From assembly GCA_040757555.1 (NCBI GenBank), contig JBFLWN010000001.1, forward strand, positions 119,128 to 170,774: a DNA stretch of 51,647 bases, read 5' to 3'. Position 1 is the first letter of the stretch; every line of letters starts with the position of its first letter. This DNA comes from Patescibacteria group bacterium (lineage in GTDB: Bacteria; Patescibacteriota; Minisyncoccia; UBA6257; GWB1-50-10). Position numbers and translations under genes: made by a program. Of this stretch, positions 36,927 through 45,348 are shown piece by piece. The notes below the pieces were generated by a model, which saw nothing but the letters and a program-made list of their open reading frames with translations, did no database searches and was not told where the DNA came from.

Positions 36927-37283
36927 ATGAAATCATTCTTAAAAAAGTGGGGATTAGTTTCAGTTCTTTCATTGGTTATTTTAGCTCCTGTAGTTGTTTC
37001 GGCTCAATTTGATGTCCCTGGTGAGAAATTGCCAGCTCCTAAATTCCAGACGTATGGAGGAGCAATTTCGTTAGTAGAGAAGGCATCAAACTGGCTTCTT
37101 TATGTCATTATTGCGCTTGCGGTTGTCTTTATTATATATGCAGGATTCTTGTATCTCACCTCGGGAGGAGACGAAGATAAAACAAAAGCAGCAAAGAATT
37201 ACATTGTGTATGCAGTCATCGGTATCGCCATTGCGCTTCTCGCACGTGGTATCGTGCTTCTCGCGAAAAACTTTATTGGCTAA
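36927..37283 (+). CDS. VirB2/TrbC-like pilin 3
   Basis: IIYAGFLYLTSGGDEDK and YAVIG. Confidence 0.82.
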   Translation: MKSFLKKWGLVSVLSLVILAPVVVSAQFDVPGEKLPAPKFQTYGGAISLVEKASNWLLYVIIALAVVFIIYAGFLYLTSGGDEDKTKAAKNYIVYAVIGIAIALLARGIVLLAKNFIG

Positions 37284-37301
37284 TAGGGTTATACCTACAT
37301 C

Positions 37302-37658
37302 ATGAAAAAAACTATTTGGACAATTTTTTCTTCTTTTACTGCTCTATTACCAACCCTTGTATATGGAGCAACTCCATCATTACTTGATGCACCTCCCGGA
37401 TCTATAGTAACAAACAGTGGTGCAGAAGGTGTTATGGCACTCATGAGAAAAACCGGGGGATGGTTATATAGTGCCGTCCTTGCAATATCAGTTATTCTTA
37501 TGATCTACGGAGGATTTCTTTATGTCACCTCGGGAGGAGACGAAGATAAAGTGAAAGATGGAAAAAATTACATCATTTACGGAGTTGTTGGTATTGCGGT
37601 AGCGACACTTGCAACAGGAATAGTGATGGTTGTTGGAAAATTTTTGGGATCAAAATAA
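37302..37658 (+). CDS. VirB2/TrbC-like pilin 4
   Basis: MIYGGFLYVTSGGDEDK and YGVVG. Confidence 0.82.
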   Translation: MKKTIWTIFSSFTALLPTLVYGATPSLLDAPPGSIVTNSGAEGVMALMRKTGGWLYSAVLAISVILMIYGGFLYVTSGGDEDKVKDGKNYIIYGVVGIAVATLATGIVMVVGKFLGSK

Positions 37659-37667
37659 GAAATTCTT

Positions 37668-37997
37668 ATGAAAAGATATCTTTATACCCTCATTGCTTTT
37701 TTTCTTCCCTTGTTGGCACTAGCACAAGAAAGACAACCAAAAACGAGCATCACTACCCCAGAAAAAGTAATTGCACTTATTGACAAAGCAGGAGGGTGGT
37801 TCTATAGCGCTCTTATTGGAATTGCAGTGATTTATATTATCTATGCTGGCTTCAAATTTTTAACCGCTGGTGGAGATGAAAAAAAAATAGAAGAAGCGAG
37901 ACAACAGTTAATCTATGCAATTATTGCCGTTGCGGTTGCGATGCTTGCAACAGGAATAGTGAAAGTGATGAAACAATTCCTTGGAGTAACAAATTAA
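37668..37997 (+). CDS. VirB2/TrbC-like pilin 5
   Basis: IIYAGFKFLTAGGDEKK and YAIIA. Confidence 0.82.
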   Translation: MKRYLYTLIAFFLPLLALAQERQPKTSITTPEKVIALIDKAGGWFYSALIGIAVIYIIYAGFKFLTAGGDEKKIEEARQQLIYAIIAVAVAMLATGIVKVMKQFLGVTN

Positions 37998-38010
37998 AAC
38001 ATCTCAATGT

Positions 38011-38049
38011 AAAAACAAAAATCTCCTTTCATTGGAGATTTTTGTTTTT
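38011..38049 (+). terminator. Terminator after the pilin array
   Basis: 16-bp arms AAAAACAAAAATCTCC / GGAGATTTTTGTTTTT. Confidence 0.8.
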
Positions 38050-38084
38050 ATAAGACGCCCATGATATCATCACAAAATAAGATT

Positions 38085-38166
38085 GCCGAGGTGGCGAAAT
38101 TGGCAGACGCACTAGCTTTAGGAGCTAGCACCGCAAGGTATGTGGGTTCAAGTCCCACCCTCGGCA
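38085..38166 (+). tRNA. tRNA-Leu (UAG), class II, CCA not encoded
   Basis: GCCGAGG acceptor, CTAGC-TTTAGGA-GCTAG anticodon arm, long variable arm and GTGGG-TTCAAGT-CCCAC. Confidence 0.93.
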
Positions 38167-38169
38167 CAA

Positions 38170-38197
38170 AAAATCTCCATTTTTAAATGGGGATTTT
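38170..38197. terminator. Bidirectional terminator (tRNA-Leu / recombinase)
   Basis: AAAATCTCCATTT / AAATGGGGATTTT. Confidence 0.7.
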
Positions 38198-38235
38198 GTT
38201 ATTTTCTAATCCCTAGCCCCTAATTATCTAACTAT

Positions 38236-39126
38236 CTATCTCTTTTTCCTTCGTGTTCCATGAAATGCCTCATGTATTTCGCGAAGTTCTTTGTTGGTAA
38301 GGTGGGTATAAATTTGAGTCGTTGAAACATTCGCGTGGCCCAAAAGCGATTGTACCGAGCGAAGATCGGCACCATTAATTAAAAGGTCTGTGGCAAACGA
38401 ATGGCGTAATTGATGGGGGTGTACTTTTTTAGGAATCCCTGCGGCGCGGGCATAACGATCAATAAGACGTTCCACGGAGCGAGGAGTAATCTTTCCAAGT
38501 GCTTTTCCGGACTTACTCAAACTCACAAACAAAAACTCCTCCGGGTCGGTTCTTTTTTTTATATATTCTTTGATTGATTTTTTCGCCCCATCGGAAAGAA
38601 ACACAATGCGTAACTTATCTCCTTTTCCGCGCACCGAAATCTCTCCTCGTTCGAGATCAATATACCGTGGAAGGTTACATAATTCCGAAAGACGAAGTCC
38701 TGTGGAAAAAAACGTTTCAAGTATCGCGCGGTCACGAATCGAACGAATGTCGTCTCCCTGCGGAGACTTCAATAATCGTTCAAGTTCTCCATAATCAAGC
38801 ACCTCAATGTCGCGTCGTGAAACTTTTGGAAGTTCAATTGCGTCCGGAGACAACACATTGTGTCCGTGTTTTATTAAATACTTTAAAAAATTCCGAATTG
38901 CAATTACATAATAACTCTGTGTATTCTTTTTTATATTTTTACGCGCAAGAAATACACGGAACGACCGTACGCGCTCTTCGGTAATCTCCTTTACCGATGT
39001 AATGTGGGCCTCTTCAAAAAATAATTTGAGATATCGCTCATAATTCTCCCTTGTTTTTGTTGAGCGATTTTTTTCTATCTCCAAATAATCTAAATATTCA
39101 CGAAAATGGCGTTCTCTATCACTCAT
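38236..39126 (-). CDS. XerC/XerD-type tyrosine recombinase
   Basis: TGLRLSEL, GKGDK, HQLRHSFAT and LLGH...TTQIY (intact R-K-H-R-H-Y); 296 aa. Confidence 0.92.
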   Translation of the reverse strand: MSDRERHFREYLDYLEIEKNRSTKTRENYERYLKLFFEEAHITSVKEITEERVRSFRVFLARKNIKKNTQSYYVIAIRNFLKYLIKHGHNVLSPDAIELPKVSRRDIEVLDYGELERLLKSPQGDDIRSIRDRAILETFFSTGLRLSELCNLPRYIDLERGEISVRGKGDKLRIVFLSDGAKKSIKEYIKKRTDPEEFLFVSLSKSGKALGKITPRSVERLIDRYARAAGIPKKVHPHQLRHSFATDLLINGADLRSVQSLLGHANVSTTQIYTHLTNKELREIHEAFHGTRRKKR

Positions 39127-39189
39127 ATTGTGGTCCTTTTCTCTATTCTATCACTCCTGTCGCAAAATATCTCCCTTTTTACTTAAGTT

Positions 39190-39218
39190 TTGACACCGTC
39201 TAAATTCTGAGGTATGAT
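39190..39218 (+). promoter_or_regulatory. rpsO promoter (near-leaderless)
   Basis: TTGACA-N17-TATGAT ending 8 nt before the ATG at 39227. Confidence 0.75.
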
Positions 39219-39226
39219 GGGCGTGT

Positions 39227-39493
39227 ATGCTTTCGAAACAGAAAAAACAAGCAGCGACACGCGATTATAAGCGCCACGACTCTGATACGGGATCTGCAGA
39301 ATACCAGATTGCCCTTTTAACACGTCAGATAAAGGCACTTACTGATCATTTAAAGAAGCATTCGAAAGATCACCACTCACGAAGAGGACTTTTGATGATG
39401 GTGGGAAAGCGAAGGAGATTTCTCCAGTTTCTTCAGAAAAGTGACGAAAAAAAATACAATAGCCTTGTAAAGAAATTAAAACTTGAGGCTTAG
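39227..39493 (+). CDS. rpsO: 30S ribosomal protein S15
   Basis: DTGSAEYQIALLT and KDHHSRRGLLMMVGKRRRFL. Confidence 0.98.
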   Translation: MLSKQKKQAATRDYKRHDSDTGSAEYQIALLTRQIKALTDHLKKHSKDHHSRRGLLMMVGKRRRFLQFLQKSDEKKYNSLVKKLKLEA

Positions 39494-39559
39494 TTTTTTT
39501 CGCGGGTGTTCTTCTGCACTTTATGAAAGTGTACTTCCACAAAGTGCAATATACGTGAT

Positions 39560-40105
39560 ATGCATCAAAATCAAAGAATAGGAATTTTTGTTGATGTACA
39601 GAACATCTACCACTCGGCGAAAAATCTTTATCACGCTCGAGTAAACTTCGAGCAGCTTATAAAAACTTTGACCGATGGTCGTACGATCATTCGGTCGGTT
39701 GCGTATGTAGTAAAAAGTGATGGGGTACAAGGATATGAAGGAGAGTCTCGTGAAGAGCCATTTTTTGAGGCGTTAAAAAAATCAGGTCTTGAACTTCGCA
39801 TGAAAGACCTACAAATCTTCCACGGAGGAGCAAAAAAAGCTGATTGGGATGTTGGAATGGCGGTTGATGCAATACGCATGGCAAGCTCACTGGACGTGGT
39901 AATATTAGTGACTGGTGACGGTGATTTTATTCCTCTTGTTGAATATCTAAAATGGGGGACAGGAAAACAAGTTGAGGTCGCAGCGTTTTCACGAACCACA
40001 TCAGGAAAACTAAAAGAGGCCGCCGACCGTTTTATTGAACTCGAATCAATCCCTAAAATACTTCTAAAAATACGAAAGTCGCAAACAAAAAAATACAATA
40101 AATAA
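39560..40105 (+). CDS. NYN-domain (LabA/DUF88, PIN-like) ribonuclease
   Basis: IFVDVQN, KKADWDVGMAVD and VTGDGDFIPL. Confidence 0.9.
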   Translation: MHQNQRIGIFVDVQNIYHSAKNLYHARVNFEQLIKTLTDGRTIIRSVAYVVKSDGVQGYEGESREEPFFEALKKSGLELRMKDLQIFHGGAKKADWDVGMAVDAIRMASSLDVVILVTGDGDFIPLVEYLKWGTGKQVEVAAFSRTTSGKLKEAADRFIELESIPKILLKIRKSQTKKYNK

Positions 40106-40108
40106 CAT

Positions 40109-42166
40109 ATGGAATTACATAGAAAAAAATTTACCACCGAGCTAGACAACGAACAAATAACCATTGAGGTGTCCGATCTTGCCGGACAGGCAAATGCGGC
40201 AGTCATCGGAAAACATGGAAATACCGTGGTGCTCGCGACGGTTGTCATGAGTAAAGAAGACCGAATGGGAGATTTCTTCCCACTTACTGTTGATTACGAA
40301 GAACGTTTTTATGCTGCGGGAAAAATTATGGGAAGTAGATTTACCCGAAGAGAAGGGAAGGCATCTGATGAAGCAATTCTTTCGGGACGCCTTATTGATC
40401 GAACGGTTCGTCCACTTTTTGATGCGCGCCTAAGGCGAGATGTACAAATCGTAGTGACGGTGCTTTCGTGTGACGAAAAAAATGATCCTGATGTAATTGG
40501 GCTTCTTTCGGCATCTACCGCGCTTTCAATTTCTGATATCCCATGGGGCGGGCCCATTGCTGGAATTCAGGTGATAAAAAAGAACGAAAAAGGAGAAGAA
40601 GAATATCGATCTTTTTTTGCTGGACCAGAGGCATACGTTAATATGATTGAATTTGAAGGAAAGGAAATACAAGAAGGTGCCGCTATTGAAGCGTTTACTG
40701 TTGCACACAAACAAATAAAAGAACTTATTGCGTTTCAGAAAAAGATAGTGAGTGAAATTGGAAAACAAAAACTAGACGTCATGCTCAAACAACCAAATGA
40801 AGAAATTGAGCAGTTGGTAAAAAGTTTTATTGAAGGAAAAATTGGTCCCGCGCTTCGTGATAAAACATTCAGTGATCTTAAAAATGATTTGTTTCAACAC
40901 CTTATTTCGATTGGAAAAACTAGCGATGAATTAAAAGACGTCGAACAAATACTCGAAACAGAAACCGATAAATTCGTACACGAAGAAATATTAAAACACG
41001 ATCGTCGAGTTGACGGAAGAAAATTAAATGAGATCCGCCCCTTATATGGGGAAGTGGGCCTCTTGGAACTTACTCATGGGTCAGGACTTTTTGTCCGTGG
41101 ACAAACACAAGTGCTCGCAATTACTACGCTCGCATCTTCGTCTGCTGAACAGTTGGTTGAAACAATAGAATCGACCACGAAAAAGAGTTTTATGCTCCAT
41201 TATAACTTTCCTAGTTTTTCAACAGGAGAGGTTGGACGATCGTCGCGAGGACCGGGACGACGAGAAATTGGACACGGGGCACTTGCCGCAAAAGCACTTC
41301 GTGCGCTCATTCCCACAAAGGAAGAGTTTCCCTACACCATCCGTATTGTCGCGGAAACACTTTCATCAAACGGGTCATCATCAATGGCGTCAACGTGCGC
41401 AGGATGTCTCTCTATGATGGATGCCGGAGTGCCGATAAAAAAACACATCGGGGGCGTAGCAATGGGACTTATGACAAGCCCAGATGGAAAAGAATATAAA
41501 ATTCTTACCGATATTCAGGGACCAGAAGATCATTATGGAGATATGGATTTTAAAGTTGCGGGAACAAAAGATGGGGTCACCGCAATTCAAATGGACGTAA
41601 AAATCAATGGTATTACCGCCGAAATATTTGAGCGTGCTCTTGCACAGGCAAAAGAAGGACGGTTTACAATCATTAAAGAAATGGAACGGGCGCTTCCTGC
41701 ACCGCGCGCAACTGTTTCAAAATATGCGCCAAAAATTATGTCACTCATGATTCCGCAAGATCGTATTGGCGAACTTATTGGACCAGGAGGAAAAAACATA
41801 AACGGGATTGTTGCCGACAGTGATAATAAAATCACTATTGATATTGAGGAAACGGGGAAGGTATATGTTGCGGGGGTGGATATAAAACTTGTCGAACGAG
41901 CATATAACACGATTAAGGCTTCAATGAGAGAGTTCTCGGTGGGGGAAATTATTAGTGGTCCTATTGTGCGAATACTCGAATTTGGAGCAATTGTTGATCT
42001 TGGAGGTGGACAAGACGGCATGATACACGTCTCTGAATTAAAAGATGGTTTTGTAAAAAAAGTAGAAGATGTGGTTCATTTGGGAGATGTGGTAAAAGCA
42101 AAAATTATAAAAGTAAGTGAAGGAAAAATAGGACTTTCATTAAAAGGCTTGGGAGAAAATAAATAA
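40109..42166 (+). CDS. pnp: Polyribonucleotide nucleotidyltransferase
   Basis: FFPLTVDYEE, RREIGHG, SNGSSSMAS, GDMDFKVAG, KH and S1 domains. Confidence 0.97.
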   Translation: MELHRKKFTTELDNEQITIEVSDLAGQANAAVIGKHGNTVVLATVVMSKEDRMGDFFPLTVDYEERFYAAGKIMGSRFTRREGKASDEAILSGRLIDRTVRPLFDARLRRDVQIVVTVLSCDEKNDPDVIGLLSASTALSISDIPWGGPIAGIQVIKKNEKGEEEYRSFFAGPEAYVNMIEFEGKEIQEGAAIEAFTVAHKQIKELIAFQKKIVSEIGKQKLDVMLKQPNEEIEQLVKSFIEGKIGPALRDKTFSDLKNDLFQHLISIGKTSDELKDVEQILETETDKFVHEEILKHDRRVDGRKLNEIRPLYGEVGLLELTHGSGLFVRGQTQVLAITTLASSSAEQLVETIESTTKKSFMLHYNFPSFSTGEVGRSSRGPGRREIGHGALAAKALRALIPTKEEFPYTIRIVAETLSSNGSSSMASTCAGCLSMMDAGVPIKKHIGGVAMGLMTSPDGKEYKILTDIQGPEDHYGDMDFKVAGTKDGVTAIQMDVKINGITAEIFERALAQAKEGRFTIIKEMERALPAPRATVSKYAPKIMSLMIPQDRIGELIGPGGKNINGIVADSDNKITIDIEETGKVYVAGVDIKLVERAYNTIKASMREFSVGEIISGPIVRILEFGAIVDLGGGQDGMIHVSELKDGFVKKVEDVVHLGDVVKAKIIKVSEGKIGLSLKGLGENK

Positions 42167-42199
42167 GGTCTTTGGATTGGTGGTGGAAACACAAAAAAG

Positions 42200-42233
42200 A
42201 AAAAACTATTCACTTTTTGGTGAGTAGTTTTTT
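42200..42233 (+). terminator. Terminator-like hairpin after pnp
   Basis: AAAAAACTATTCAC-N6-GTGAGTAGTTTTTT with one G-U pair. Confidence 0.65.
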
Positions 42234-42282
42234 TACCACAGACCAATCCCCATACCGCGCGCTCTGTGATATAATAGATGCA

Positions 42283-43443
42283 ATGGACGAAAAAAATAAT
42301 TTTGGCCAACAACAATGGCCCACCCCGCAAAATCAAAATGCGGATACCGCGAGGTCGCAGTTTTTGGGAACAGGAGAGGGAGAAGTTCCTCTTGCAAAAA
42401 TGCCATCCGACAAAATTGATGTTCGGACAATGGCTTCTGACGCGATGTCGATGCAAGAAACAGGAGGAGGAATGCCAAGGCCCTACACCCCACAAGCCCA
42501 AACTACCGCGCCAAAGGAAACCCCAGCACCTTCAAAACCAACACCACCATCACAATCCCCGGTTAATTTTGCCGATCAAATGATGGGAGGAATAACACAA
42601 ATTAACCAACAAGCACCAAAAACAGCACCACAACCCGCAAAAAAGAGTGGTGGTCGCGGCCTTTTTTGGACCCTACTTATTGTTATTGTTGTACTTGGAC
42701 TTATCGCTGTCGGATACTTTTTTGTATATCCACAATTATTCACAAAAGGTGATGTGGAAAAAACCACAGAGGTTATCAATCCACCAACAACTCCACCCGA
42801 AGAAGTGGTAAATATCCCTCCTACCCCTCCGGTTGAAACCCCCACAACAACACCTCCCGTCGTTGTTCCTCCGTCGGTCTCAACTGTCGATGTACATGCA
42901 TCATTCTTTAAAACAAAAGCAGATCTTGTGTTTGATGCAAAGCTTTCGGCTTTCACATTAGATGACTTGAAGAAACCAATCGCATTTGAGACAACGTCGG
43001 TTCCTCTTTTTAAAGAGGTGGTGTGGAAAACACAAGAAAATAAACCACTTTCATTTTCTCAGATTGCCTCCCTTATATTCCCGAATTTTTTTACCACCGA
43101 AAAAGTTTCGAATTTTCAGGATGATTTCACATTATTCTCATATTCAAACACAAAGGGGACGTGGCTTGGATTTATTACGAAGTTAAAAGATGGAGTTGAT
43201 GTGGGAGTGATACAAAACAGTATGAATGTACTTCAACAAGACACGGGTCTTAAAAATATCTTTATTTCCGATCCGGGAACAATGAGTCCGTGGAAAGACG
43301 GAAAAGTAAGAAATAAACCAACATCACTTGCTCCATTTTCATTACCGGGCGCAACAATTAGTTACACATGGTTTGATCGATATCTTTTGGTAAGTTCAAA
43401 CCTTGAAGCAGCGGAAGAGGCAGCAAAAAGACTCGGATATTAA
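42283..43443 (+). CDS. Hypothetical single-TM protein with Pro/Thr-rich disordered regions
   Basis: Start moved to MDEKNN (7 nt after TGnTATAAT); one TM and a PPTTPP-rich linker. Confidence 0.75.
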   Translation: MDEKNNFGQQQWPTPQNQNADTARSQFLGTGEGEVPLAKMPSDKIDVRTMASDAMSMQETGGGMPRPYTPQAQTTAPKETPAPSKPTPPSQSPVNFADQMMGGITQINQQAPKTAPQPAKKSGGRGLFWTLLIVIVVLGLIAVGYFFVYPQLFTKGDVEKTTEVINPPTTPPEEVVNIPPTPPVETPTTTPPVVVPPSVSTVDVHASFFKTKADLVFDAKLSAFTLDDLKKPIAFETTSVPLFKEVVWKTQENKPLSFSQIASLIFPNFFTTEKVSNFQDDFTLFSYSNTKGTWLGFITKLKDGVDVGVIQNSMNVLQQDTGLKNIFISDPGTMSPWKDGKVRNKPTSLAPFSLPGATISYTWFDRYLLVSSNLEAAEEAAKRLGY

Positions 43444-43454
43444 TAAAAAATTAT

Positions 43455-43802
43455 ATGAACTTTTCTGAAACACAACTAGAACACTTTGCTAGTATTCTTC
43501 ACGAAGAAGAAGAAAAAATAAACGAAGAATTATCGCGGATAAAAGGCGCCTCATCTGATTTTGGAAATGATGTTGATGGATTCGAAGAAGAAGCCGATGA
43601 GTTTGAAGAAGCAGGAAGTACACTTTCAATCAAAGAAGCACTTGGGGAACGAAAAAAAAGAATAGAAAAAGCACTTAAAAAAATAGATGAAAAAAAATAT
43701 GGAGCATGTGAGTCGTGTGGAAAACAAATAGAAGAAAAACTACTTCTTATTGATCCAGAATCCGAACTTTGTAAAGAGTGCAAAATAGAACAAAAAATGT
43801 AA
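43455..43802 (+). CDS. DksA/TraR-family C4 zinc-finger protein
   Basis: Coiled coil with acidic tip EEADE; YGACESC...ELCKEC. Confidence 0.88.
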   Translation: MNFSETQLEHFASILHEEEEKINEELSRIKGASSDFGNDVDGFEEEADEFEEAGSTLSIKEALGERKKRIEKALKKIDEKKYGACESCGKQIEEKLLLIDPESELCKECKIEQKM

Positions 43803-43810
43803 ACCGTAGT

Positions 43811-45346
43811 ATGCGTGCAGTTCCTAAAATTCTCTCTGCGGAACTCGATGGAATTACTGCCGAATGCATTCAAGTGGAGGCCGATATTAACGTCGGCCTC
43901 CACTCTTTTTCAATTGTCGGACTTGCTGATAAGGCGGTGAGTGAAGCAAAAGAAAGAGTAAACTCGGCATTAAAAAATTCCGGCATACGTCCCCCAACAA
44001 AAGAAAATAGAAGAATCACCATTAATCTTGCTCCAGCAGACATAAAAAAAGCAGGGTCACGATTTGATCTTCCTATCGCACTTGCATATCTTCTCGCAAG
44101 TGAACAAGTAAAAGTTTTTGAAACAAGAGATAAAATATTTGTTGGAGAACTTTCTCTTGATGGATCTCTTCGTCCAATTAGTGGTGGGTTGAATATCGCA
44201 AAACTCGCAAAAAAAATGGGAGTACAATATCTTTTTGTCCCATATGAAAATAGGAATGAAGCGGCAATGCTCGGTGGGGTTACTGTATTCGGAGTAAAAA
44301 ACTTGAATGAACTTATTCATCATCTTGAGGGTACCCACCCACTTAATTCTGAGGAAAAAAAGAGCGTTATTCCAATGCGCCCCCCGACATCTGTTTCTCT
44401 CTCAGAAGTGAAAGGACAGGAATCGGCAAAGCGTGCGCTCACTATCGCGGCAGCAGGAGGGCATAACATTCTTATGTCGGGACCACCCGGCACGGGAAAG
44501 ACCATGCTCGCTCAGGCACTTGCATCAATACTTCCATATCCCTCACATGATGAAATGATTGAGATCACTGAAATTTATAGCGCGGCGGGACTTACCACCC
44601 ACGATCAAATCATTCAATGGAGACCATTCCGTTCGCCACACCATACCGCGTCACTCATTTCAATAATCGGCGGGGGAACAATTCCGAAACCCGGAGAAAT
44701 CAGTCTTGCCCACCGAGGGGTTTTATTCCTGGATGAAATGCCAGAATTCCATAAAGATACACTCGAGGGACTCCGACAACCACTTGAAAATGGACACGTG
44801 CATATTGCACGTGCAAAAAAAGCATTGATATTTCCGGCGAGATTTATGCTCGTTGCCGCAATGAACCCATGTCCGTGCGGATATTTTGGAGATACCGTGA
44901 AAGAGTGCAAGTGTACGGCACACGAAATATTGCGATATCAAAGAAAAATATCGGGGCCACTTCTCGATCGAATAGATTTACAACTCGAGGTTCCGAGAAT
45001 ACCAATCGAAGAGTTGAGAAAAAAGAGTGGGAATATTGAAGAAGAAGAACAAATAAGAAAAAAAATTCTCGATGCACGGAAAATTCAGAATGAACGCGCA
45101 ACCAATGCCCATGTTTCTGCCCACACAAATTCAGAATTTTCGTCAAAACAAGTTGATGAATTTTTCTCTCTTGATCCGCTAGCAGAAACTTTCTTAAAAA
45201 ACATTCTTGAACGATCATTCATCTCTCCGCGCGGATATTATCGTATTTTAAAGGTTGCGCGCACCATCGCCGATATTGAGACCTATCCGGTAATAAAAAA
45301 AGAACACCTTGCTGAGGCGTTCCAATATAGGGTGAAAGAGGGGTGA
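43811..45346 (+). CDS. comM: ComM/YifB Mg-chelatase-like AAA+ ATPase
   Basis: [46 protein letters not shown] and DRID. Confidence 0.93.
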   Translation: MRAVPKILSAELDGITAECIQVEADINVGLHSFSIVGLADKAVSEAKERVNSALKNSGIRPPTKENRRITINLAPADIKKAGSRFDLPIALAYLLASEQVKVFETRDKIFVGELSLDGSLRPISGGLNIAKLAKKMGVQYLFVPYENRNEAAMLGGVTVFGVKNLNELIHHLEGTHPLNSEEKKSVIPMRPPTSVSLSEVKGQESAKRALTIAAAGGHNILMSGPPGTGKTMLAQALASILPYPSHDEMIEITEIYSAAGLTTHDQIIQWRPFRSPHHTASLISIIGGGTIPKPGEISLAHRGVLFLDEMPEFHKDTLEGLRQPLENGHVHIARAKKALIFPARFMLVAAMNPCPCGYFGDTVKECKCTAHEILRYQRKISGPLLDRIDLQLEVPRIPIEELRKKSGNIEEEEQIRKKILDARKIQNERATNAHVSAHTNSEFSSKQVDEFFSLDPLAETFLKNILERSFISPRGYYRILKVARTIADIETYPVIKKEHLAEAFQYRVKEG

Positions 45347-45348
45347 GA

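Noticed and set aside
38085-39126. Prophage or genomic island integrated at tRNA-Leu
   Set aside because: No duplicated tRNA 3' end, no phage genes, and rpsO follows immediately.
42174-42249. Structured ncRNA after pnp
   Set aside because: The outer GGATTGGT/ACCAATCC pairing is only 8 bp around a normal terminator, and there is no covariation evidence.
44462-44479. Half-match to the 38-bp site in comM (also at about 10623 and 3325)
   Set aside because: Only the left box plus TCG matches and the right half is absent. These lie in coding sequence and are plausibly chance.
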